Source: Callorhinchus milii
Lineage: Eukaryota
Direction: 5' to 3'
Assembly: GCF_018977255.1 (NCBI RefSeq)
Contig: NW_024704743.1
Coordinates: forward strand, 59,212,001 to 59,276,000
Length of the DNA: 64,000 nucleotides
The translations under genes were made by a program, and so were the position numbers. Shown here one piece after another: positions 1 to 12,029 of this stretch; positions within the stretch are counted from its first letter, which is position 1; each line of letters begins with the position of its first letter. Under the pieces are notes generated by a model. That model searched no databases. It saw only the letters and a list, made by a program, of their open reading frames with translations, and was not told the DNA's origin.

Positions 1-114
1 GTGGCAGATCAATGTTGAGAAGTAAGTATAATATTTAACAAACAAACCAACTTAATCTGGAGTCCAAAGTTTACAAACTAAGAATACTCATCTCAGGTTA
101 AAAAAAAAGGCTGT

Positions 115-331
115 CCCTGCTCTCTGGAACTACATTCAGGAGTCCCTCTGACACATTCCCTTCCTCACTTATTCAAAGTCCAATTCAAGACCTACCTCTT
201 TGACCGGACTTTCAGTCGTCTTTCGCTTTCCTGCCTTCCTCGGCTGTGATCACCAACTCAGGTGCTGAGGCGGAATTTTAAGGTGCCTTGGGTCATCCTC
301 CCAATCTGAAAGGCACAATTTGTATTGTATT
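115..331 (+). mobile_element. L2 LINE 3' fragment
   Basis: Degenerate 'ctctggaac...ttcaagacctacctctttgacc...gccttggg..catcctcc..gaaaggca..ttgtattgtatt' tail shared with the other L2 copies in the window. Confidence 0.7.
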
Positions 332-546
332 CTACTGTAAATGGGCTTCTGCAGGAAATTCAAAGCTTTGAACTGGGATTCATTCCTCGGTTAGAGATAT
401 ATAAACAAAATCAGCATCAAAAGAACATAGGAGACATTCTACGTATCTGTATGTTTCAGAAGATCTTGATATATTTTAGTCCTCAAAAATAAATGTTATT
501 TTTAAAATGGTAGCTCATACTCATTATAAATTATTGTCGTTAACAG

Positions 547-1115
547 ATCCCAATTGTACGATGGAAGTCATTTTCATCCTGGACAGCTCCGAAAGTGCTA
601 AAAATATCTTGTTCGACAAAGAAAAACAATTGGTGATTGATTTCTCAGAGAAAGCTTTGAACTCTGAACAAAAGACCAAATGGTCACTGAACTGGAGATT
701 AGCTGTTCTACAGTACAGCAGCTATATCAAGATGGACCAAACTTTCCGAGAGTGGCAGGGGCTCAAACATTTCAAGAAACTTGTGAATTCTATGATGTTC
801 ATAGGGCATGGCACATACACTGCCTATGCAATAGGAAATGCAACTGAGCTCTTTCAGACAGAGGGCAGGCAGAATAGTGTGAAGATACTCATTTTAATGA
901 CAGATGGAGTGGACCATCCTCGCAATCCGGACACTGTGGACGCTGCATTCCAAGCAAAGAAGAATAACATTCATATATTTGCTATTGGGCTTTCACACGT
1001 GGCTAAGGAGGCACCTAATGCCATTAAAATGCAAAATGTCGCAAGCATCCCTAGCACCCAGTTTGTCCACCTGCTGACAGATTTTAACCTCACAGAAACA
1101 ATGGTCAATGAAGTG
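547..1115 (+). CDS. COL28A1: Exon: N-terminal von Willebrand factor A domain (DPNCTMEVIFILDSSES...TETMVNEV)
   Basis: AG at 545-546, donor GTAAGT at 1116. Open frame (ORF 507..1166) with MIDAS DxSxS at 582-596 plus GTYT and MTDG motifs. Phase 1 in, phase 0 out. Confidence 0.93.
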
Positions 1116-1679
1116 GTAAGTAAAAGGCAAAATTTACTGGACTGTTTGTGTTTTCATTGGAACTAGACTACAAGAATTAGAGTCCATAATGCCTGTTATT
1201 AATTTACATCTAAAGTATAATTGCCTTCACTGGTGATTGAGCAGTTTGGGGCTTAAGAGTTCTCAAAATTTTAGACTTAAATCCACTGTTTTTAAGATTT
1301 AAGATCATTTGGAATTTGGGAATTCTTACGATTCAGTCTTAATCTAGAAGCTAATTTTCCTTAATTTTGTTTCAGTAATGTGAAAAATTAGCTTCCAAAT
1401 TAAAGGGAAGTGTTGTCCACAATCTAACCTGTCACTTCCTTTAGTTATTTTAATTGGATCAATCAAATTTTGAGGCACTTTGCACTGGTAGCCCTGTGTA
1501 ATAAACTCCAAGATGCTGTCATGTGTTTTCTGTTACTTAAGATTAATCAGAAATTGTTAGTATTAAAATACAGTTTTATTGGAGTTCTTTAAAATTAACA
1601 CAATTTTTGCTTGAAAAAAAAGAGCTCTCTTACATGCACTACTGTGGTATTCAATGGGTACCAAACACTTGCCCACAAG

Positions 1680-1937
1680 GAGACAAATTGTGGAGTCAAT
1701 CATCAAAAAGGAAATGGAAAATTTCTTGTGTAAAAATAATCTAATAAATGACAGGCAACATGGATTCAGAAAGGATTTTGAAGAATGACAGCACAGATTC
1801 ACTGTGGGAAGCCAATATGATGTAGTATATCGAGACTTGAAAGACTCTTTCACAAACTGTGATTACTGAGTATTAAGCACAAATTGGATATGGATTCAGA
1901 TTTGGCTGAAGGGACAGAAATAGAGGGGAGCTAGGTT
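1680..1937 (+). mobile_element. Old decayed CR1 RT fragment, interrupted by the younger CR1
   Basis: Degenerate QHGFRKG, DVVY.D and WIQIWLKG motifs. Confidence 0.6.
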
Positions 1938-4251
1938 AATATGATTGAATTCTGCATTAAGCCACAATATGATTGAATTCTGAATTCTGCATTAAGTTAG
2001 TCAGAGATATAGTTAAATCCGAGGCAAGTATTCTGAATTTAAATAGTGCTAATTTTGTAGGTATGAGGAAAGATTTAGGTAAAATAGACTGGAGAATAAG
2101 ATTAAGAGGTAAAAATGTTGACCAACAGTGGCAAATATTTAAGGATGTAGTGCATAATTCTCAGCGGTCGCATATTCCCTTGCGGAATAAGAGTACCACA
2201 GGGAAAGCAATTCATTCGTGGCTGACTAGAGCAGTTAGGGAAATCATCAAATTAAAAGAAAAGGCTTATAAAACTGCCAAGAAAAGCAGCAAATTTGAAG
2301 ATTGGGAGAGTTTTAGAAACCAGCAAAATAAAACTAAAAAACTCATTAGGAGCGAGAAAAAGGAGTGTGAGGGTAAGCTAGCTAGGAACATTAAGTCTGA
2401 TTGTAAAAGTTTTTGCAAATATATTAAGAGGAATAGGCTAGTGAGGGTAAATGTAGGTCCACTTCAGTCAGAGACAGGAGAAGTTGTAATGGGGGACAAT
2501 GACAGAACCCCAAAATGGGTACTTTGCATCTGTCTTCACCCTAGAAGACACAACAAGTCTGTCAACAATAGAGATGCACCAAAGGGATAAGGATAGGGAG
2601 CAACTTAGGGAAATTTTCATTAGTAGAGAATTGGTGCTAGGGAAACTGTTAGCACTAAAAAGTGACAAATCCCCTGGTCCGGATGGCTTGCATCCCAGGG
2701 TTTTAAAAGAGGTAGCTTATGAGATAGTGGAGGCCTTATGTCTGATCTTCCAAAATTCCTTGGATTCTGGAACAGTCCCCATGGATTGGAAGATCGCAAA
2801 TGTCACACCACTATTTTAAAAAGTTGGAAAGAAAAAGATGGGGAACTATAGGCCAGTTAGTCTCACATCAGTGATGGGAAAAATTTTAGAATCGTTGACT
2901 AAGGATATGGTAGTGCAGTATTCAGGGGAGCACAATATAATTAGGCCAAGTCAACATGGCTTTACAAAAGGGAAGTCATGTTTGACAAATCTCATAGAGT
3001 TTTTTGAGGATATTTCCAGTAAACTAGATAAGAGTGAATCAGTGGATGTGGTCTATTTGGACTTCCAGAAGGCATTCGATAAGGTGCCGCATAAAAGGTT
3101 AGTCCAAAAGTTAAGGGCCCACGGAATTGGGGGGAGCATATTAACGTGGATTGGGGAATGGTTAACGGGTAAGAAATAAAGAATAGGGATAAAGGGGTCC
3201 TTTTCAGATTGTCGGGATGGGACTAGTGGAGTGCCACAAGGATCAGTCCTTGGGCCTCAGCTATTTACCATCTACATCAACGATCTAGATGAGGACATCA
3301 AAGTTAATTTACCTAAATTCGCGGATGACACAAAACTAGGAGGAAGTGTCAACACAGAAGATGACATTAAAAAATGCAGCGAAACGTAGATAGGTTAGGT
3401 GATTGGGCAGGTAGGTGGCAGATGAAGTATAATGTAGGGAAGTGCAAAGTCATCCACCGAGGGAGCAAAAACAGTACAGTGGGTTATTTTTTAGAAGGGG
3501 AGAGATTGGAATGTGTTAGCGTACAGAGGGACTTGGGTGTCCTTGTACACCAATCACAGAAAGTTAGTCTGCAGGTACAGCAGCAATTAGGAAGGCGAAC
3601 GGTGTGTTAGCATTCATTATGAAAGGATTAGAGTATAAGAGTAGGGAAGTCTTGCTGCAACTGTATAGGGCCCTGGTGAGACCACACCTGGAATACTGTG
3701 TCCAGTTTTGGTCTCCTCATTTAAGGAAGGATGTACTTGCCTTGGAGGGGGTGCAGCGTAGATTTACTAGGTTAGTACCAGGGATGAAGGGGTTGAGTTA
3801 CGAGGATAGGCTGACCAATTTGGGCCTATATTCTCTAGAATATAGAAGAATTAGAGGGGATCTTATAGAAACCTATAAGATCATCAAAGGGTATGATAGA
3901 GTAGATAGTGGGAGATTGTTTCCCCTGGTTGGAGAAACTAAAACCAGGGGTCACAACCTTAAAATCAGAGGCCAAAGGAATGCTTTCGCACTGAGTTGAG
4001 GAAGAACTTCTTCACTCAAAGGGTGATGAATGTATGGAACTCACTACCCCAAAGGGCTGTTGACGCTCAGTCCTTGAACATATTCAAGACTGAGATAGAT
4101 TTCTTATTGCAAAAGGGATTAAGGGATATAGGGATAAGGCAGGGTCAGGTTATTAGCTGGAGTTAGATTAGAAGATCAGCCGTGATTGAATGGCGGAGCA
4201 GGCTCGAAGGGCCGAATGGCCTACTCCTGCTCCTACATGTTATGTTATGTT
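1938..4251 (+). mobile_element. CR1 LINE, 5'-truncated, ORF2 (reverse transcriptase) pseudogene
   Basis: Broken ORFs 1973-3999 with GNYRPVSLTS, QHGFTKGKSCLTNL, YLDFQKAFDKVPH, KFADDTKL (FADD at 3318-3329) and RPHLEYCVQFWSP. Stops at 2817 and 3177 plus frameshifts; 3' UTR ends in (ATGTT)3. Confidence 0.95.
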
Positions 4252-5491
4252 AAATTTGGAGAGGTTTACAAGTCTTACTTGAGAATCCACTCTTTGCATC
4301 TATTGACATAATTAGCCTCAATTAGCTTCACTATCTATTCTCATATCAAATAAAACACTCACATCTCCTCTAGTTCTATTGCTATACTTTTTGTGTGTGC
4401 AAATTTCCATATTCACGTACAAATACAAAATCACTACACTTTATGGTATATATTGTAATTCTCTTCGAGACAACTCAACAACATGATAAAGTGCTATTAT
4501 CAAATGTAAGGATTATTTTTAATTAAAGCTGTTTCCAAGAAACTCGGCTTTCACTTTCTTGTCAAACTCTGCTTTTCTACTCAACAAGCCCAACACAGTC
4601 CAACTTCACCCCACCCTGGAGCTAGCTTTTTGAGTATCTCATTCTCACTGTTGACAATACTCAAGAAAATGTGTACAATACAAAATGACAATACAAAATT
4701 ACTTTTGGATAGCGCCTTTCACGTCAGGAGGACATCCCAAGGTGCTGATCTGTTAACATCTTTTAGGTGACCCCTCTCACACTTTTACCCTCCATCATCT
4801 CCCTCTGTTATTACTATTATTCTAAGAGCTTTCCTCTCTTATTCTCCTTAATCTCCAAATATGATGTCCTAAATGCGCTTCCTCATGCCTTAGCTCTCTT
4901 CCATTTTTCCTTCAACATTTTAAGAGTCAATACCAAATTAAGACTAGTTTTGTTTCCTCTTTCCTTAGCAACCTGCACTTTCAGAAGTTGCACTGTGACA
5001 AGAACATAAAATCTTGTGACAAGAGTCACAAGAACAAAAAATCTTGCCTTCACCACTCGGCTTCAGTTTTATTTCATATTGTATTATCTCAATCCAAAAT
5101 ATCAGAATAGGATACCATTTACTGATACTTTTAAGCGCATTCCTTTGGCACTAAAAACAACTACTTTTTGGTCACAGAGAGTACATAAATGTGTTTACTT
5201 TTGAGTTATACACACCGGTTACATTTGTTTTCAATTAATCATTTAGAATGGAATGTAGAGTATCTTGTTATAGGATCAAAGAACACTCTTATAGGAGAGG
5301 GTCAGTGTAGGGTGAATGCTTTCAATCTAAATTGGCCAAATGCACGGAAGAGTTTTGGGCATGAACTCTGGTAGCAAAAAGTAAAAAACAATTATGTTCA
5401 ATCACCAAATGTAACCATATCTATTGATGTGCACTCAACAGTGGGATTTCAAAAGATTAGCTACCTTTAGCAAATGGAACAGAGTGCCCTA

Positions 5492-5848
5492 TGTGACCTG
5501 GGTTCGATTCCTGGCAGGGCAAAATGTTGGGCAAGTTTCCTCACTCCACACGCCTCTGTTTACCTAGCAGTAACGAGGAACCCGGTTGATAGTCGATTGG
5601 CAGATCGCTTTTCTGAGGGTAATAATCTCTTCTTAGCTGGGTAATAATCCCTTCAAAAAAATAAAATAAATTGGTCACTTCAGTCCACAACTGTTTGTGG
5701 GACACTGCTCTGCGCAATTGGCTGCCGTGTTTCACCCACAATATTATACAGTCTATTCACATTATGGTATATTCTGTGAAGCGCTTTTAGACATCTCGAA
5801 GACGTGATAAGGCACTGTATCAAATGCAAGGATTATTATTATTATTAT
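5492..5848 (+). mobile_element. tRNA-derived SINE with Deu-like core and L2-type tail, 5' truncated
   Basis: Pol III B box GGTTCGATTCC at 5501-5511, core 'tgtttgtgggacactgct..gcaattggctgcc', tail 'aaatgcaagg(att)n'. Homologous to the copy at 33781-34095. Confidence 0.85.
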
Positions 5849-6341
5849 CTTTGCTCTGTGATAAACCAATTTCTTAGCTGGTTTTCTATTATGGGCACAG
5901 TAGCTGAAGGCCAGGAACGAAACATGTGGAACAAACATTGTTAAAATAACAGGGGTAAATGACCTTGCTGATGAATTACATATTCCCTCTATGTAATTTG
6001 CATGTGCACCATCAGATTTGGCAGTGATTCCTTTTGAATCAGTGACTGCTGAATTCCCTCTTCTGCTTTACATCTGCACTGGGAGCCACAATATGTGTTG
6101 ATACTTTTCACTTGTCAAAGCACAGTGGGAGGATGACTGCTAAATCCTCAAATAATTAACAAAACCCTCACCATTCACAGATTATCCAAACATACTTAGA
6201 ATTAATAATATAAAAATACCAAACATATTTGTAATGATGAAGCACTAAGCAAGTACAAGATTTGAAACATTATGTACCACTAAAGCCACTAAAGCTATAT
6301 CAAAATGCAAGGATTAAAGTCCTATTTCTTTTCTTCCTCAG

Positions 6342-6362
6342 CTCAAAGTTGCTGATAAATCG
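6342..6362 (+). CDS. COL28A1: 21-nt micro-exon (LKVADKS)
   Basis: Polypyrimidine tract plus CAG at 6339-6341, donor GTGAGT at 6363. Phase 0/0; fills the 7-aa gap between the VWA domain and the Cys linker. Confidence 0.8.
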
Positions 6363-6532
6363 GTGAGTCCAGATCAGTTTTACTTTTCATTTATCTTCAA
6401 GTGATTGCTTCTTTTTGTGTAATACCATTTTAGTAATTTATTCTGCACCAGACCTTTCTGTAATTCAAGTCTGAAGGTTGAAGCCTTCTTGCTTTGTAAT
6501 AAATCTACTGTTTGTTTTTAATCTCTAAATAG

Positions 6533-6592
6533 TGTCTCAGGCCCTCACCATGTTTCTGTGAAAAAGGGAAAAAAGGCGAAGATGGACAGCCT
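6533..6592 (+). CDS. COL28A1: Exon: Cys-rich linker and helix start (CLRPSPCFCEKGKKGEDGQP)
   Basis: TAG acceptor at 6530-6532, donor GTAAGT at 6593; 60 nt; CxCEKG motif. Confidence 0.9.
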
Positions 6593-6719
6593 GTAAGTAT
6601 TATCAAACCTTTTTATGTATGAGTTTATTGGTTTCAGGAAATTGTTATTGGATTCCACTTGCTCAAGAAGGAATGAATGGATTTTTTCTCTATTTCTGCT
6701 CATGCTGTTCAATTGCTTC

Positions 6720-7963
6720 TGTTAGATATCAAAAAGGTCACCCAGCATTCTGTTCAGGTAAAATCTGTTTAGCCAAGTTTATTCAAACAAAAATACCATT
6801 GAAGCGTGTTTATTTCAGCAGTCAACCGTCAACGCCACTTGGCTTGGTGCCAGCCTGACTGATTCTCCACGAGGTCTTCCCTTTGTCTTGTCTAAGATAG
6901 GAGATTGATCAGTTTAGGGCTGTATTTGGTGCTTGTTATTTTGTTATGTGGGATCATTAGTACATTACTTTTAAGTGACTGGTTATTTCTTATCAGTATC
7001 CTGGGATGGTACCAAGGTCCTCTAGTTTAAGCAACTTGCTCATTAATTGCTATTCTTGAGGGTTGCCTTTTGTTGCTTGGCAGCCCTGTTAGAATCTAGC
7101 GACCTATTGCTTACTCGAGATCCTGTGTCGACCGGTACCTTGGACCGTTACCTCTGTGGGCTTGTTGTCATTTACTGATAAGAGGTGATCCGCTGCCTTT
7201 TTCCAAAGCTGTCTTGTTATTCTTTCAAAAGCAGAGAAAACCAGATGTGTCGTATCCCCTGACTGTCAGTACTTTCTCCATTCTACATTTGTTTAATGTT
7301 CATTATTATTAGACTACAACTTCTATAATCTAACAATCCCCACCTTGAGACCGAAATAATTATAATAACGAGATCTCACAAATACACCAAGACCAATAAA
7401 GCAAAAAAAAACATAAAGACACAATCATTCTAAATAAAATTATGGCTTTGGCAAGCACAAAAGCGTATGACATGAGTAATAAAGCTCAGTGCAATTAATT
7501 AATCAGATTGATACAGTGGCTGTGATTAGGAATCAACTTGATAACGTGGTTCGATCAATGTTGATTGTAGAATATCCCTTCTTAAGATCGGTTAGACTTG
7601 TTTTCTTTGTTCCCAAACTTAGATCTTCTTAGTCATGTCGCCAAGTCAACAGTGAGACATTTCAACAGCTTATTTTTACCATTCATTGTAGGGTTAAAAA
7701 CATCCTTCAAGGTTGGTATACTCCTTTTGTTCTTGGAAACCTTAATGTATTGATGTTACCAATGTCCTGGGAGTCCATAGAATCAGTTCTATTCCAGCCA
7801 AACAAGTCAGGAGTCTTCGCGATATCCTATTTGGACAGCTTAAGACAAACCAGAATTTTGGGTTTGCGAAAGGTCCAGTCCCCACCTCGAGTGGGTGAAG
7901 CTGACAACACAGCCCATTATTCATTGTTCATTATTATTAGGCTACAACTTCTATAATCTAACA
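6720..7963 (-). mobile_element. Internally deleted LTR retroelement (complete 616-bp 3' LTR at 6720-7335; 39-bp remnant of the 5' LTR at 7925-7963)
   Basis: LTR ends TGTTAGAT...ATCTAACA. 7297-7335 and 7925-7963 are 38/39 identical. Minus-strand PPT AAGGTGGGGAT abuts 7335. 4-bp TSD CTTC at 6716-6719 and 7964-7967. Minus-strand AATAAA near 6778-6783. Confidence 0.85.
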
Positions 7964-8699
7964 CTTCCATACTTTATCCAGCTGTCTTAACACTGGTACA
8001 CCCACCCAGGAAATTTTCAGAAAACTTGCTATAATGTGGCAGGTAAATTAAAGGGAAAATGTGCGGCCCAGGAGAAGAAAGACCATGAAGTCAAAGCAAT
8101 TGTGTGAATCGGTTGGCATTGGTTGTTATTCCCTAGTTTAGTTAATAAACACTGCAAGCAGTTTTATTTGCTCCTCTGTGGCGGCATTTCTGCAATAAGA
8201 ATCGATTTCCAACAAACATAGTGAAACACTCTATTGTCAATAAGTAATAAAATGCATATCTTTCCATTGATATTAAGCTTTGAATTAACAGTGGAAACTC
8301 GGAGATTTACAAAGCCAGAAAATAACTTCATAATGATGGTCACATTATCAAACAATTTAGCTGTATTGGCAAGTTACACAAATGTTTGGCTTGCTCACTG
8401 TTTGAAATCTGGCAGAGCTGGTTAGATTTGAAATACTTGGAGTATTAAACCACTACTTCTAATTAAGTATAAAATAAGCTTTGTTGAGGGACAAGAGCCT
8501 AGAATTGTAGCTTAGTGGAGGTCTTGATCACTGAAGTCAAAATCAAACAAAAATGTCTTTGTTGTGCTTTTATAACAGAAGACCTAAATGATCTTGGGGT
8601 CAAAATTGTAGAATTTTTCGACAGATTCTGTTCCTCAATTAAGGAACAAGGCTAAAATTTATTTTGAAATATCTCCCACCATGATGTCTAAATAATGGT

Positions 8700-9128
8700 A
8701 GTTCCCAGAGTTTGGGACTTGGGACTTGAGAGTTGATAGTTTAGGCTGACACTCCAATGCAGTACTTGGGCAATGCTGTAATGTAAAAGTGCAAATCAGA
8801 TGTTAAATCGAGGTCCCATCTGCCAGTCAGGTGAATATTAAAAATCCCTCAAAACTGTTCAAAAATGGATATCCTGGTATCCTCATTCATTTCATGGCTG
8901 ATCATGTGCATGTTCAAAACAGAGGAAAGGTTCTGGACAATACTCCCTCAGATAAAATTGGTCATTAAATTCATGGCTCTTTGTGGGTCTTTACTATGTA
9001 CAAATTGGCTGTTGCGTTCACCTACAAAGTGCACAGTCACCACGTTTCACAGTAAAAACCTATGATTCGCTTTGAGATATTTCAACAATGTGATAAGATG
9101 CGATATCAAATGTAAGGATTTATTATTA
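8700..9128 (+). mobile_element. Deu-domain SINE (SacSINE1/AmnSINE1-like), old copy
   Basis: 'gatgttaaatcgaggtccc..tctgcc..aaaaatccc..ctttgtggg..caaattggctg..cacagtcac..atcaaatgtaaggatttatt' resembles the DeuSINE core as recalled. Related copies near 10150-10380, 31080-31430, 36850-37255, 50460-50700 (-), 60800-61170 and 63860-64000. Confidence 0.75.
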
Positions 9129-9175
9129 GGTTATTTTTTATGGCTGTTTGAGGGCTGTGCTGTATGCAAAACGGT

Positions 9176-9258
9176 TGCCTTGAAGCACTTCACAGAAATT
9201 ATTTCACAGAAATTATATACAACAATTGTATATAATTTCTGTGAAGTGCTTTGAGGCA
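9176..9258. repeat. Near-perfect hairpin inside a SINE tail, with a 14-nt tandem duplication in the left arm
   Basis: tgccttgaagcacttcacagaaattat[ttcacagaaattat]atacaa - caa - ttgtatataatttctgtgaagtgctttgaggca. Confidence 0.85.
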
Positions 9259-9562
9259 TTTCAATGGTATATATAAATACTATAATACCTAAGTCGCTCT
9301 TAATCTGCTCCTTAGCATTCTTTTCCCACCCTTTGATGAATGCAAGATTTAACCCCAAAAAATACATTTTTAAAAAAGCAATTAAATTTGATGGTTGTTT
9401 ATATCCCCAGGGAAGATGTCCATCCTGTGTTCCAAACAGTTCAGCCTTAAGATTGCACATAGATTTCCTGCTGGGAGCCCTTTTAGCCCTTTTGCTCTCA
9501 ATTCTCAAGGATTCCTGGGACAAAACAGCTACTGCCAAGGAGCTACTGGGGCGAAATCCTAT

Positions 9563-9764
9563 CTGGGTCTAGATTTACTCATATTTAGTTAATATTTTAG
9601 TGCATTCAGAATTTGTAACATTTTTAAATATAACCATCATTTTTAAGCCAGTTTTCTGTAAGTTCCTTTTAAGAACTACAGTAAAACCGACTTCATATCT
9701 AAGACTGAATTCAATAATTTGCCTAATCCTACACACTCTAAAATGCTAGTAAATCTAGACCCAG
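9563..9764. mobile_element. MITE with 17-bp perfect terminal inverted repeat (possibly Harbinger-like)
   Basis: CTGGGTCTAGATTTACT (9563-9579) and AGTAAATCTAGACCCAG (9748-9764). A second, inverted copy lies at about 27727-27927. Confidence 0.75.
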
Positions 9765-11660
9765 CTGGTGTTTCTACCCCCATGTGGGTGCCCATTAACG
9801 TTACTCTGAAACGATTAATGTGTAGTTATAACGGATTTCTCATGTATGTGGAGAGGTCATGTACTAAGATTTTCCTCTACGTTAGTGTGTCTATCATAGT
9901 ATTTGCCACAAAGCCTCTGGGTAGCATTTCAGTTCATTTTTATGAATGCACAACCTGAGGACAAATGCAAGTAGAACATATTTATGGAGGNAAAAATTAT
10001 CCTATTGCAACTAACACAAGTCAGGATGGGTTATTTAATAATTTAACAAAAATAAAATCTCTGTATATCTGTAATGAATCAGTAATTTCATTTAGTATTG
10101 CAACATGTGTCCACTGCACGTGCAATATTGTCTGCCTCTTCTGATGAGTCAGGTGCATTTTAACAATCCCATGGTGCTATTTTGAAGCAGAGCAGGGAGA
10201 TTCTAATGTGTCCTGGCTAATATTCCTGTCTCTCATCCAAATTCAGCGAAAAGCAGATTAGCAGGTGCTGCAGGGGCAGATTAGATGTCGCATTTGCCTG
10301 TATTGCAACAATCACAAGGGGACAGATTGTGTGAAGTGCTTTGGAAATGTTTCACTATAAAACGTTATATCAGAAGTGAGTGTCATTCGTATCATGTGTA
10401 TAACAAGCATAATGGTGAAACAATACAGCAAATGTGGCCCTTTCAATATCTCTGATAGGTGAACAGAGTTATCAGTTTAATTTACAGATTTAGAAATACC
10501 CTTTGTGTAAAGAAGTCTTTCCTGACGTCTATCCTGAAATTCACTACTATTAAGGTGTGTCCTCTTGACCTTCAGTCTTCTCCATCGAGTGTATTCAGCT
10601 CGCTCAGCAAAGCCAGGTATGAGAACTCAGTTTCCCTGTCTGTAAGGTTCAGCAGGGGCCCCAATGGGGGTTGTCCCATGGGGGCCACATGCAAAGTTTG
10701 ATCACTACCAGTGTTGCGTTTGGCTGCTTGGGACGCAGCTCAAGCTCCTCAGGTGCCAGGAAACTGGCAGTGATTCCCCGGGCAGTCAAACTTAGTGGGT
10801 ACATGTCCTACCTGGCAGCGCGGCTATCGGCTGGAGGGTGGCTGGTGTGGGCCTGGAGCAGCTGTGGATTGGCTGCAGCGAGGAGGGCATCCGGCTAAGT
10901 GCCCCACTCCCCACAACCAGCCTCCAGCAGCTTAGGCTGGCTGGGAGGCGATTTCAATGGGTTGTACAAGTGGCATGGAGCCCGGTCCAGAGCTTGTGAA
11001 CCATCAAGTAACTGAGTCATGATGGCAGGAGCCCCCTCACTGCCTCGGGGCCCTATACAATGTGTTGCTTGTGCCTAACACACCCAGTGTGGTTCAGATA
11101 TAAGTCACTGCACCAACTGACTCATTGGGGAGTAGCTTCAGTGAAATGAATACCATCATCCCATGGAGGAGCTATTCAAGATATCAGTCAGTCACAATCT
11201 GCAGGAGGACATTGAAAAAGAGTTTACATAATATATTGTGGAATATTGAAGCACCCTCACACTTAAAATAACCCCTATTAAGTACTGTAATTCCCAGACT
11301 ACAGCTTCAAGCTGTTTCCTGAAGTGTTTCGGAAATGCTGCAGCCAATGCCAAACAAACAGTGGGACACTTCTGGGAATCATGAATTCTAGACAACACAG
11401 GAGGAAGCTCTGTGGCCGATCGAGTCTATGGCTGAATAAAGTGCTTGTTTACATTGTATTTATTGGCTAGGATCATATGGCTGTGCTCATTGTCATCAAA
11501 TGCTGTGCAAAATGACATACATCTTTTCCAAACGTTTACTGTCAATATGTAAACAGAGCATTTGATTTAAAACTGAAATGTTTCACGATTTAGACAAAAT
11601 TCAGGAAGCTCTGTACAAATATCATTTGTATATCAGTTGATGTAGTTTCTTATATATATA

Positions 11661-11769
11661 CAGGGTGACCCAAAAAGCTGTGATAACTACCCTTTTATCT
11701 AAAAAAAATCATAATTTCTTTAAGACTTATTAGACACTGTAATGGTATCATGATATTTTGGTCACCCTG
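11661..11769. mobile_element. Tc1/mariner-like MITE
   Basis: TIRs CAGGGTGACCCAAAA and TTTTGGTCACCCTG, inserted in a TA-rich tract (TA on the left, TG on the right). Confidence 0.7.
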
Positions 11770-12029
11770 TGTATATACACAAACACACATATGTATATAT
11801 ATAGCAACAGTCACACCAGGAGTTCTGCTGGGAAAATATTCTTGAGATTCAAACTTTTTTTTCTCTATTGGCAAACATTGACCTGTTTACCCCTAGAAAA
11901 ACAGGATACTTTTTTTTAACACGCAGAGCCATATATTGTGCACATCTTGTTTCATTGTTGCAAATGTACAATACTTTGTTCAGTAAAAGTTAAGGTGCAA
12001 TGTATTAACATTTAAATGTAACTTTCTAG

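Noticed and set aside
507..1166. 219-aa ORF as a standalone single-exon VWA protein
   Set aside because: Canonical splice sites at 546/547 and 1115/1116 bound the domain and downstream exons continue the frame; the ORF ends are intronic read-through.
1973..3999. Cluster of RT-like ORFs as an operon or retron-like system
   Set aside because: These are consecutive fragments of one CR1 ORF2 broken by stops and frameshifts in a eukaryotic intron.
4993..5047. Repeated 'tgtgacaaga..aaaatcttg' units, also the 17-nt duplication near 19592-19628, as a CRISPR-like array
   Set aside because: Only two or three irregular units without unique spacers; ordinary slippage duplications.
7742..7956. Short ORFs inside the LTR element as viral genes
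   Set aside because: They are 60-68 aa with no gag, pol or env motif and cannot be supported without a search.
10590..11090. GC-rich island with GGGGCCCC motifs as a promoter or CpG island
   Set aside because: It is short and intronic and more like a decayed DNA transposon interior; I could not define termini or promoter evidence.
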